A DNA stretch of 63,852 bases, filler included, from Octopus bimaculoides (Eukaryota), in assembly GCF_001194135.2 (NCBI RefSeq). It is 6 parts of 5 records of this genome, joined end to end, with 100 filler letters (N's around TTAATTAATTAA, not from the genome) between each part and the next. Parts side by side here need not be neighbours in the genome. Positions count along the whole stretch, not along the records: positions 6,183 to 12,340 come from NC_068983.1; positions 12,441 to 41,450 come from NC_068981.1; 4 more parts are not named here. One strand, given 5' to 3'. Made by a program: the position numbers and the translations under genes. Below are positions 12,340 through 24,017 of this stretch, one piece after another (position 1 is the first letter of the stretch; the number at the start of each line of letters is the position of its first letter). The notes beneath the pieces were generated by a model. It saw only the letters and a program-made list of their open reading frames with translations, was not told where the DNA came from and did not search any database.

Positions 12340-12440
12340 GNNNNNNNNNNNNNNNNNNNNNNNNNNNNNNNNNNNNNNNNNNNNTTAATTAATTAANNNN
12401 NNNNNNNNNNNNNNNNNNNNNNNNNNNNNNNNNNNNNNNN

Positions 12441-12500
<60 letters not shown>

Positions 12501-13318
12501 TATTACATTCATGATGCAAAAACATTTTGCAGACTACCACAATCAATAAAATAGATATCTGTATATTCTGTATTTGCAAAATTTAGGTTCTATGCGTTAC
12601 AGTTAGCAATATTTAAATGTACCAATTAAAAACTGGTACATTTATACAATTATACAATTATATACAATTATATAAACACACACTCCTACACAAATACTTA
12701 ATTTCAGACCTTGAAAAGCTGAAGCAGAACTGGAGTAGTTAGGGCATGTCATTCATGAGATCGTGAATGGTGAAAAAGGACTCTCAAGAACCCAGCTGAT
12801 TGATAGACTGATCGACCTCTTAATGATATAATCGATTAATTAATTGATTAAATAGTTAACTAGTTGACCAGCAATAACTAAAGAAGTGAAATAAAACAAG
12901 AGTGTTTGTTTATTATTTTCATAAAGATATGCAACAAAGTATTTAGAAACACTATACGAGCATAAAAATGTGCATGTAGAAGTCGTCAACGAAACGGATC
13001 TGTTTTTAAAATTTGAAATGGATAACGTTCATTTCTATGCATAAATATGTCTAGATTATGACCTTTAGACTTGATGGGACAGGGATTGAAACGATAAAGG
13101 TACAATTAGTTTCCGAACACATGATTTTGAAATCTACTGCTTGGGAGAGAGTAGTTCGGTAAATTCACGCCTGCCGACCGGTAAAATCGTCTGATCAGTT
13201 GGTGAAGATTAATCTTGTATCCCACTGTTAATCAAGAGTAGACGCTTCTCGGAACAAAGGAATTCTTCGGCAGAAATTTTGTCTTAGTACAAAGCTTAAT
13301 TCATCCTCGATTCGGTGT

Positions 13319-13523
13319 TATTGTTATGACGGCTTGTGAAGTCAATAATTTTCTCTCGGCGTCGCGACAGATCCTTGTATTTCAGTTTGGGTTTGACAAA
13401 ACATGTTAAGAGGAATTGTGTGAGTTCAAAAATGTGTTGCAGATTTTTTGTTAATGAATGACATTCATTTCTATCGCGGCGCCGAGAGAAAATAATTATC
13501 TAACTTCACAGGCCATCACAATA
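13319..13523. mobile_element. MITE-like element with ~50-bp inverted arms
   Basis: TATTGTTATGACGGCTTGTGAAGTCAATAATTTTCTCTCGGCGTCGCGA pairs with TCGCGGCGCCGAGAGAAAATAATTATCTAACTTCACAGGCCATCACAATA. Confidence 0.65.
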
Positions 13524-14239
13524 GACAGAGGCAAAAATTAAATGAGTTTTGTTCTTAAAATAGAATTACCGTTCAAAAATTTGTCTTGTCCCAAATCCTA
13601 ATGGGTTTAGAGAGACTACCACCATATCGATTGCAAAATGCAGTGTCTTGTATTACAGAGTAAAATATTTCGAAAAGAAGTAGACAATCTTACTGTAGCT
13701 GGGTGACAGGTACGTTGATGGGTGATGGGCGCATTGCTTTACTCTGTTTAATACCAGTCTGGCCGACGCGTGTTTTTATCGGAGTTGACATTCTTACAAT
13801 AGGATCCGAAAATTTGCAACAGTCCAACTCCGATTAGGATATTACTAAACTCAACTGATTATGCAATTTTCCTCTTCTTTAACATCAGTGGACTCCGATC
13901 TGACCAAGGTCCTACTCACCACCCCTTACAAACACACCCTGTTCTTCTCTGAGACATATTTCTCACATTTGTCTACAGTTCTGCGTATTTTTGCTATCCA
14001 GACTACACTCTGTATTCAGAAAGTGATTTCTTCTTATATCTAGATTCCATTCTCCTTACTATTCACCTGCGTGACCTAGTTATTCTGTTAATCTAAAGTT
14101 GTTCTCCTTCCTCTAAATATATCTGCTCCTTTCAACTAGAACCACGTCTTCTCTTCCTCGGCGACTTCATTCTTCACAGCTCGCCATCCCATGCTGATGC
14201 CACCGTTGCTGAAACCGAATCTTTTGCAGTTATCAACTA

Positions 14240-14458
14240 CAGTACTCCCACGCCATATCGCGGTTCACCTATCGCGGGTTATTGTTTACGGTTACGTCGA
14301 TTCCTCCGTGGTGTTGTTTTGCGTTTATAATAAAATAAATATATACAAATTATAAAAATAATGAAAAAAATATAGTACATTACTGTTTCTACTTCGCGGA
14401 TTTTCACCAATTGCGGGGGTTTGGGAACGTAACACCCGCGATAGTCGAGGAATTACTG
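14240..14458. mobile_element. Tigger/pogo-like MITE
   Basis: TA|CAGTACTCCCACGCCATATCGCGG ... CCGCGATAGTCGAGGAATTACTG|TA: TIRs with a TA target duplication. Confidence 0.8.
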
Positions 14459-15063
14459 TACCTATATACTTTGGTTTCATCCCCTACGCACATCTCTGAT
14501 CGATATGCACACACCCTTACACAAATATCTAATTTCAGACCTTGAAGTGTAGTTAGAGCATGTCATTGATCAGATCGTGAATGGTGACAAAAGACTCTTA
14601 GGAACCCAGCTGATTGATAGATTGACCGATCGCTTAATGAAATAATCGACACACTCAACAAATCCTTGATTTTTGATTCATCTTCAAATCCAACCTCTGT
14701 CAAGTCATTACCGTCTATAATCCTATCAGGTAATCCATTGACCACAGTCTAATCTCAACTACTCACCACACATCTACATGCACAATGCCCCACCCGTTGT
14801 AAGTTAAGTATCCTTGTAAGAACTAGTGTTTCAACCCCGACCTAACAGTAACAGCAGGATGGTTAACTGAAATTATCCTCTAAGAAATGTCCCTTCACAT
14901 CTAACGCCATCCAATTTCATAAACGCAAGTCTCCGTAGATTGTTTACTCATAAGTGCACTGTAGCAAGTCAAACAAAAAACATGGCCTACAATCGATATA
15001 GAACCGGTATAAGCCTTCAATGGAGGCTTACAAGCCTTAAAAATTCATTCTGTCTCTGCTTTC

Positions 15064-15220
15064 GGTCATAGCGTAGTAGATAAAGGCGCTAGTTAATGCA
15101 GCATAGTTATCTAGAGGTTCAGAGTTCAATCCCACGTAAAGCACTAAGGTGAATTACAAGACACCTGACGAAAGCTGGAGTGTACAACAGCCGGCAACAA
15201 AACAAAGATAAGGACACATT
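15064..15220 (+). mobile_element. tRNA-headed SINE-like element carrying a partial hammerhead motif
   Basis: A-box-like TAGCGTAGTAG, B-box-like GTTCAATCCC, then CTGACGA (15165) and stem AGCTG/CAGCC; the GAAA half is missing. Confidence 0.5.
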
Positions 15221-15783
15221 ATTATACATAATATGGCCTACAATGCTTGAAGAAAATCACATATTTAAACGTAGTGCCATTCTTATATTTTAAATACATT
15301 TTCGAAAAAATCTTTACCATGATTAAAATACTAGCGTTAAAATATTGTGTTACCTGTTAGTAGAAGTTTGACAGATGATGCGCCAACTATTATTTCATCT
15401 CATAAGTCCTTGCTTTTTTTTGTAATCGCCATATAGATGAAAATATTAGGAATCCTCCAAACAAATATCTGAAGGAAAACGCATGTTGGATGGAATCGTA
15501 TAAGAAAATGTGGACAATATACAACTGCACAAAATTTTCTTCTGACTCACTAAAATATTTTTTCCTCATGCATGAAAAGGAGATAGGCCGTTTGTAAAAA
15601 AAAAAAATCCCATTCTGTGAAAGGGGTCACTGAGCTACAAAACGACTGAGGACCATTGGAATTAACTGTCAGATTACAACATATATAAGTACAACTGCAT
15701 ACGATTGAATAAATTCTGTAAAATGTCATATGTCAGTATTTGCCATTTACTCTCTCTCAAAAATCAGCGACTATTTTCCTCTG

Positions 15784-15854
<71 letters not shown>

Positions 15855-16227
15855 NNNNNNNNNNNNNNNNNNNNNNNNNNNNNNNNNNNNNNNNNNNNNN
15901 NNNNNNNNNNNNNNNNNNNNNNNNNNNNNNNNNNNNNNNNNNNNNNNNNNNNNNNNNNNNNNNNNNNNNNNNNNNNNNNNNNNNNNNNNNNNNNNNNNNN
16001 NNNNNNNNNNNNNNNNNNNNNNNNNNNNNNNNNNNNNNNNNNNNNNNNNNNNNNNNNNNNNNNNNNNNNNGGTGAAATTCGAACGCAAAAGAGTGTAAAA
16101 TTATTTTGCCTGGCTCTGTATCAATTTTGCCAACTACCATCTCCAGTAATGATTTCTAATTTAGGCACAAGGCAAGCAATTTGAAGGATAAGAGGTAGTC
16201 TTTTGCATCAACTCCAATTCTTGACTG

Positions 16228-16262
<35 letters not shown>

Positions 16263-16309
16263 TTTTTAAGACTTTCTTAAGAGAGGCATTAACAACTGTT
16301 ATATATTGT

Positions 16310-16575
16310 GGTCGAGTTGTGCTCTTGAGCAAGACACTTTATTTCATGTTGCTCCAGTTCACTCAACTGTAGAAATGAGTTGCGACATCATTGGTGCCAA
16401 GCTGTATCGGCCTTTGCCTTTCCCTTGAATAACATCGGTGGCATGGAGAGGAGAGGCTGGTATGCATGGGCGGTTGCTAATCCTCTAGAAACTACTTTGT
16501 CCAGATTTGTGCCTCGGAGGGCAACCTTCTAGGGGAAATCCCATGGTCATTCATGACCGAAAGGGGTCTTCATCC
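16310..16575 (+). mobile_element. SINE family D (CORE-like domain), head missing
   Basis: GTTGTGCTCTTGAGCAAGACACTTTATTTCATGTTGCTCCAGTTCACTCAACTGTAGAAATGAG resembles CORE-type SINE centres. Confidence 0.55.
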
Positions 16576-16599
16576 CTTTTACTATACATCTAATAAGCT

Positions 16600-17042
16600 G
16601 ACCTGCTGACTTATTATTCTAGAATGAAGGAAACAGCTTTAACAGTACTTTGAATGCACCCAACTAAACACTACTTGTCACAGCCTACTACATACTGCTT
16701 GTCACAATTCCATTCTGGTAACTAACTATTTGAGAGAGGTGGACATCAAATTTATCCCTCACCTTCCCCACATTTCAGACCTTACCCCCTGTGAGTTTTG
16801 GTTGATCCCCTCAGGAGCAGTAGTTTTGAAGACATTTAGAAGATGGAGGAAGCTGTGACAAAGGACATGGACACCTTCACTTTGGAGGACTTCCACGGGG
16901 CTTTCACGTAGTAGCTGGAGCGCTATACCAAATGCATTGGAGTCAGGGGATCCTACTTTGAAGGTGATTAAAGTTTTGTACTTGTTTGGAATTAATAAAT
17001 ATCTCTCCTGAAAAAGTTTGAAAATTTTCGGAATGCACCTCG
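16600..17042 (+). mobile_element. Internally deleted mariner (DD34D-type) relic
   Basis: C-terminal SPDL.PCEFWL..LRSSSFEDI...EDFHGAFT..LERYTKCIGVRGSYFEGD*; TIR ...GGAATGCACCTCG|TA. Confidence 0.85.
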
Positions 17043-17045
17043 TAA

Positions 17046-17250
17046 ATCCACAAGTCAGCAATACTCGGGCATTGGACAAGCGCGTGCTTCGTTGTACAAA
17101 GCGCATCACGAACAGGACCGGCCAACGGCACTTCCATGTCTGTAGAGTTTATCTCGAACCGGCTATGTCCCATCGGTATAATTATAGAAAAAAATTATGT
17201 ACAATATCTCAAGGTTGTCACGCTTGAACACTTTACCAAACCTATCCCAT
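17046..17250 (-). mobile_element. L1/Tx1-like LINE ORF2 zinc-knuckle fragment, abutting the mariner TIR
   Basis: Frameshifted PVRDKLYRHGSAVGRSCS*C...HALVQCPSIADLW (CCHC knuckle). Confidence 0.6.
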
Positions 17251-17647
17251 AAAACGTTTATATGACCAACAACGGAACCCCGCCTGTCTCTCCTTCTCTT
17301 TCTCCCGCTCGCTGTCACTGGTACACACTCATACATGAACACACGCAACGCCCACTCATACAGACACACATTCGCATAAACCACACAATACACACAATAC
17401 ATGAGGACGGGTGACCGCGAATTCATTTCCTTCATTACTTCCACCACCTCTGTAACCAACACACACTACAGACATAGATATGTTTTGATTGACGGTGAAC
17501 AGTTGCTACTTTGGAAGGCTTTCAACTTCCGAAAGTCTTTTCTTTGTCTGATGTCTTAAGAAACAAAGCTTGTAGTTCAAAGGAAATTATGTACTGAGTA
17601 ACGTCATCACATACAGCATTATCACCTCCACCTCCCTCATACCCCCC

Positions 17648-17681
<34 letters not shown>

Positions 17682-18099
17682 TACGAATCGGGCTTTCAAA
17701 ACAATACCAGAACCGTAGATTTGACGTCGGTTTTAAAAGATCTGAAGTTGTTTCTATTAAAGCGGAATGAATATTATTTATATTTAAAGCCAGTCTTTGG
17801 TGCAACGTTTTAAAACATACTTTAGATCTGTCGTCATTAGATTCTGTCATAGTTGTTAACATACATCTGGGGAAAGTTAAGGTTTTAGCAAAGATGAAAG
17901 GTCCGTATGTCAAGATGGGTCTTTCGTTTTTCGTATGCTAATAGAAAGTTAAAAGAAAGAAACAAATCATAAAAGAAACCCAGAGTTCTTCTAATCTATG
18001 GGACATCAGAATTCAAAATATCTAAACAGCACGTGCATTTAAAAAATGTGAACGAAGGTCAAGGTCACTAACATAAAGCAATGTAGACAAATATTGATA

Positions 18100-18710
18100 T
18101 CAAATTTTGGCATGAGGCCAGCAATTTCGAGAGGAGGGGAAGTGTAAGTTGATCACGTCGAACCAAGTCCTCATATGGTACCTTATTTCAACGACTTCGA
18201 AATGATGAAAGGCAAAGTCGAGACCTCGGCGGAATTGAACTCAGAATGCAAAGATGGACTAAATACCGCTTAGCATTTTGTACAGCATCCCAACGAGTCT
18301 GCCTGATCGCCACCTTATTTTAGATAAGTATTAGTTTAAAATTTTGGCAGAAGATCAGCAATTTCAGGTGGGGAGGAGTAAGTTCGATTACATCGATCCA
18401 GTATTCAACTGGTATTTGTTTCACCGACCTCGAAATGATGAAAGGCGAAGTCGACCTCTGCAGAATTTGAATTCAGAATGTAAAGACGGGCGAAATACCG
18501 CTTAGCATTTTGCCTGGCGTGCAAACAATTCTACCTGCTCGCCATCTTAATATAGATCTATATTGGTTTCAAATTTTATCACTAAGCCAGCAATTTCGGG
18601 TGGGGGGGCAGTTTAGCCGATTACATCGAACTCAACTGGCATTTATTTCATCGACTTCGAAACGATGAAAGGCAAAGTTTACCTCTGCAGAATTTGAATT
18701 CAAAATGCAA
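18100..18710 (-). mobile_element. Three head-to-tail copies of SINE family C
   Basis: TCAAATTTTGGCA..AGGCCAGCAATTTC...GATGAAAGGCAAAGTCGAC repeats at about 18100, 18335 and 18565. Confidence 0.85.
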
Positions 18711-18743
18711 AGCTTTTAATGTTTGCAAATTATGAGTAATTTT

Positions 18744-18790
18744 AGCCAATCGAAAACCACAGATGAATTGGTGTCTGTTTCCATAGTAAC
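18744..18790. promoter_or_regulatory. CCAAT box next to an RFX X-box
   Basis: TAGCCAATC at about 18743-18751 and palindromic GTTTCCATAGTAAC at 18777-18790, in unique sequence. Confidence 0.45.
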
Positions 18791-19079
18791 GAGCCAAGCT
18801 GTTGTGTAGCTTGCTTAACGGTTTGTTGCTGTATTGTCTAGGTATTTTACGTGTTTTCCTGCGACACACTGGTGGAATGCATTACGGGAGTCGATTCTTC
18901 CAGGATATGTGTTGTTTACTCTTTTTTAACGCATTAAATACATAATGAATGCGTAAAACTGCAAAATATGTGTTGTTTTCTCGTTTTTTTTTTGTTCTTT
19001 TTTGTCATTTTTCACTTATTAAATGCTTTAAACAGTTCGATTCGGTTCTGTGATACTTCAAGTTTCGAAGACCTCTAAA

Positions 19080-19244
19080 CACTAGAATAACTAGAGTGTG
19101 TGCCACCCGCGGCGGCCTTTTCGTTTGCCGCCCACAGACCCCACAAAAAATACATATTACCTACAACAGACCCAAAAGTAGTACCCCTATAAAAGTGCCA
19201 CCCAGGTTGGACTGCCCCTACTGACACCCCTAGCTATGCTAGTG
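19080..19244. mobile_element. hAT-like MITE
   Basis: TIRs CACTAGAATAACTAGAG / CCCTAGCTATGCTAGTG; 8-bp flanks CCTCTAAA / CCCCTAAT match at 6 of 8 positions. Confidence 0.6.
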
Positions 19245-19511
19245 CCCCTAATAGAAGCCCAAATCCTTCAGGTTTCTGGAATGCCGAACTCTCCATTCAG
19301 TATTAGTTGAAGCTATAACTTTAATAAGCTCTGTCTAAAGTTGTCTCTCTTAGGTATTTCTCATTGATAGCAACTAAGGAAGTAGAAATATCGATGTCTG
19401 GGAATCTTGAAAGATGGTGACACTCGACAAATATGTTGTTTTTTGGCTATAAGAGAAAATTTTGCCTGTCAACAGTTAAAATATATCACAAACATATTTT
19501 AACTTATCTAA

Positions 19512-19588
<77 letters not shown>

Positions 19589-19744
19589 NNNNNNNNNNGG
19601 CGCGTGTGGGTGCAGGGGGGGGCTGCTTATTTTAATTATTTTGGGACGTATTTTCCTCATGGTAATAACCGTTCAATAACATTAGGTAGACATAGCTTGG
19701 GACCCACGAACAGTTAATAACTGGTTGATAACCGTTTTATATTA

Positions 19745-19793
<49 letters not shown>

Positions 19794-20854
19794 CAATGAG
19801 GGAGTTTGCTGCTGCTGCCTTCATCTGTGTTTCCTGCCGTTGGTACAAGGCCTTCCACGCTTTTCCAGATGTATATCACTGCATATCTTTCCTGCCTTCG
19901 TTCTAGGGAGAAGAGTTTTAATACTTTCAGTCTTTCCTAGTAGCTGATACGTTACATTGAGACGATTTTCTTTGTTTAGCTTTGTTGGATTGCTTCGAGT
20001 TCCGCCGTTAATTTTATATTGTGTGGTGACCATAATTGAGAGCACTACTCCAAGTGGCTTGAGGACGTATGTCCTCAAAAGGACCATCAATGTCTAATTT
20101 TCTCTTGTTTTGAAAGTTCGGAGGCTCCATCCAGCTAGCCGTCTGCATTTTATTACCAAATTGGTAATATGCACTTGGAAACATGCATCATTGTTCATGT
20201 TAATGCCCAGGTCAAGCACTGATTTTGATTGCAATTCCTCCTAGGCCAGTGTATCCTATCTGCATGTATATATATATATATATATATNNNNNNNNNNNNN
20301 NNNNNNNNNNNNNNNNNNNNNNNNNNNNNNNNNNNNNNNNNNNNNNNNNNNNNNNNNNNNNNNNNNNNNNNNNNNNNNNNNNNNNNNNNNNNNNNNNNNN
20401 NNNNNNNNNNNNNNNNNNNNNNNNNNNNNNNNNNNNNNNNNNNNNNNNNNNNNNNNNNNNNNNNNNNNNNNNNNNNNNNNNNNNNNNNNNNNNNNNNNNN
20501 NNNNNNNNNNNNNNNNNNNNNNNNNNNNNNNNNNNNNNNNNNNNNNNNNNNNNNNNNNNNNNNNNNNNNNNNNNNNNNNNNNNNNNNNNNNNNNNNNNNN
20601 NNNNNNNNNNNNNNNNNNNNNNNNNNNNNNNNNNNNNNNNNNNNNNNNNNNNNNNNNNNNNNNNNNNNNNNNNNNNNNNNNNNNNNNNNNNNNNNNNNNN
20701 NNNNNNNNNNNNNNNNNNNNNNNNNNNNNNNNNNNNNNNNNNNNNNNNNNNNNNNNNNNNNNNNNNNNNNNNNNNNNNNNNNNNNNNNNNNNNNNNNNNN
20801 NNNNNNNNNNNNNNNNNNNNNNNNNNNNNNNNNNNNNNNNNNNNNNNNNNNNNN

Positions 20855-20893
<39 letters not shown>

Positions 20894-21390
20894 CGCACGT
20901 ACATATAATGTACGCACGTACGTCCATATGTATGCATATATACAAATTCGTAAACAATTCCCACCTTGAGATCTGATATGCTTGAAGAGAAGCGATAAAT
21001 TTTGTGACTGAATTAAAACGAAATACACCAAGTACAATATAGAAAAATATATGCGCACTCACACACGTACGGACACAAACAACACAGACTTACACGCGTG
21101 CGCACTGGCATACATACAGAGAAATACTCACTCACACAGATATGTTAATGTGTTTGTATGTATACATAATCTGTCAAAAATCCTGGTAAATATGACACCA
21201 GACAAAGAAATTAAAGTAACCCAATGATAATTGAAAAGAAGTATCGTACAAAAATGGCTTTTGTTAAACGGAGTTTGTAAGAGAACAGTTAATAAGGAAA
21301 TCACACACACACACACACACACACTTATATATGTACATATATAACNNNNNNNNNNNNNNNNNNNNNNNNNNNNNNNNNNNNNNNNNNNNN

Positions 21391-21435
<45 letters not shown>

Positions 21436-22639
21436 AGCTTTGCACAAAAGTAATCGGACAACCGGTGCAGAACTTTGAGGATTACAGAATGTAAATAATT
21501 CGAAAATACATTGCCACAAGAACAAATAGTTTATCAGAGAGAAGCTGTATTTCTTGATCTGTACAATACCCACCAGATTACTGGCAAAACAATGTTATGC
21601 CAGTTAGTTTCACACTACAGATCGTTGTAGATTATGAAATGAAAGGTAATCGACGAAGCAGTCTGTTACGTTTTTCTTTAAACGCTCGAAAGCATGGACT
21701 AGTGTTTATGGCTGTAGTTTTAGTGTTCTTGTATGAATTTTTTTGGGCAACACTGACAGTGGCATACACATGTTGACCTGTACGTCCATGCTGGGGTACT
21801 GCCGTGAAGAGCTTAGTTGTACAAAACGACGCGAGTACATATTTTAAGTCTTGTACTTATTCTATAGGGTTCTTTTGCTGAACTGCTAAGTCACGAGGGT
21901 GTTACTTGTTAAGCGATGGTGAGGTACAAACACAATTGCACACGCACGCAAACACGCACACATACACACACGTGTGTGTGTATGTATGTACACATGTATG
22001 TATGCATGTATGCATGTATGTATGTATGTATGTATAGTTTATAGATCCAATAGAGGTGAAATCAACAAAATAAGTATTCCATCCAGAAGGGATAAATATC
22101 AGTTTAATACACAACCGAAAGAGCTACTTCTAGTTTCATACATTTATGGTACTTAAACAAACAAATCTATAAAATGCGCCATGTAATTAAAGCAATCTTT
22201 CAGTGTGTGTGTATATATGTATTTATGTATGTATGTATGTATGTATGCATGTATGTATGCATGTATGTATGTATGTATGTATATGCATATGTACGTACGT
22301 ATGTATGCATGTATGTATGCACGCATGTATGTATGTATGCATGCATGTATGTATACACACACAAACACACACTCTCTCGCGCGCGCACATTCTCTCTCTC
22401 TCTCATACACACACACACACACACACACTATTCTTGTTAAGGAATTAGTACTCAGCAAAAAGTATTGAGTACTCAACCAGTTCAATGTAAAATTACTCTT
22501 ATCATAACTTACACCCCAACCCACCAAAAAAAAAAAGAGAACCAGCAAAAACATTAAGATATATATGTGTGTGTGTGTATACATGTACGTATATATGTGT
22601 GTATGTAAGTATGTATGTATATGCAAGCATAGACACGAC

Positions 22640-22780
22640 AGGCTTCTTTTAGTTACCGTTTTCGAAGGCTTTGGTCGTCCCGAAGCTATAACAGAAGACA
22701 TTTGCCCATGGTGCGACCAAATGGGACTGAACCCAGACCACATGCTTGGGAAGCCAGCTTCTTAACCACGGAGGCACGCC
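22640..22780 (-). mobile_element. 5' half of SINE family A
   Basis: Reverse complement of the head and core (GACTGAACCCAGACCACATG..TTGGGAAGC). Confidence 0.75.
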
Positions 22781-23204
22781 TACTTTCTTAACCAGGAAGA
22801 AAACAGCATTCGGGTTTGTCATCGCTTGAATGTCTTTTGATCATAGCTCTGCTCAAGCACGTCTGATTTTAATCTAAACAATGCAGTCAACCCTTAGATG
22901 AATGAACAGGTGTGGCTGTGTTACGCGTCAAATCAATAACAGCCGCACCAGCCATCATTATTATTATTATTATTATGGTAGAGGAGAGTAAAACGGAAAG
23001 AAAAAAATATATATAGTTTATCAGGTATCATCGGTGAATGTGAGGAAATGTTGTTTGGTCGTTCGGTGCAATGCGTCATAGTTATGGAATGTGATAAAGA
23101 TGGCGACGACTACAACGACGGCATGACGACGATGGTTACGGTGAAAGCGACGGTGATGGCGACGGTCGGGATGATGACACTGCTGTCGCTGATGTTGATG
23201 ACAG

Positions 23205-23250
<46 letters not shown>

Positions 23251-23534
23251 AGTAGTGGAGGGTGTGTTCTCAGATTTTGCAATGCAGATTAATTATTTAA
23301 TAAAACGTTACTGTGTCTATGATTCACCGTTTAATGCGACTTCAAATGCAGAAGAAAGGATGGCAACCCTAGATTTTGATGACCAAGACGAGCTGCTGTT
23401 CGTCATGTTACAAGCACTCAGCTTAGGTCACCGGTTGAGGAAAATCTTCTTGCCTGCCTTCTACTAGTCATAGACAACGCTGATGGGATCTGCCTTTTCT
23501 CCTGACTGAAAAAAAACATAAATAAATGATAAAA

Positions 23535-24017
23535 GAAATACTGCTAAGCATTTTGCTCAGCATACTGACGATTCTTATTTCTTTATTGCCCACAAGGGGC
23601 TAAATATAGAGGGGACAAACAAGGACAGACAAATAGATTAAGTCGATTACATCAACTCCAGTGCGTAACTGGTACTTAATTTACCGACCCCCGAAAGGAT
23701 GAAAGACAAAGTCGACCTCGGCGGAATTTGAACTCGGAACGTAGTGACAGACGAAATGTCATTGAGCATTTCGCCCGGCGTGCTAACGATTCGGCCAGCT
23801 TGCACCTTTAATAATAAATGATAATAATGACATCAAATTTTCCCACCTATTTTGGGGAAGAGGATAAGTTGATTACATTGACCCCATTGTTTTACAGGTA
23901 CTTAATTTATCGACCCCGAAAAGATGAAAGGTAAAGTCGACTCCGGCAACATTTAAACTCAGAACGTAAGGCATTTCGCCCGGCGTGCAATTCTGCCTGC
24001 TCTATTCTGCCAGCTCT
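23535..24017 (-). mobile_element. Cluster of SINE family C copies
   Basis: A full copy with tail TTCTTTATTGCCCACAAGGGGCTAAA and a second copy at about 23840. Confidence 0.85.
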
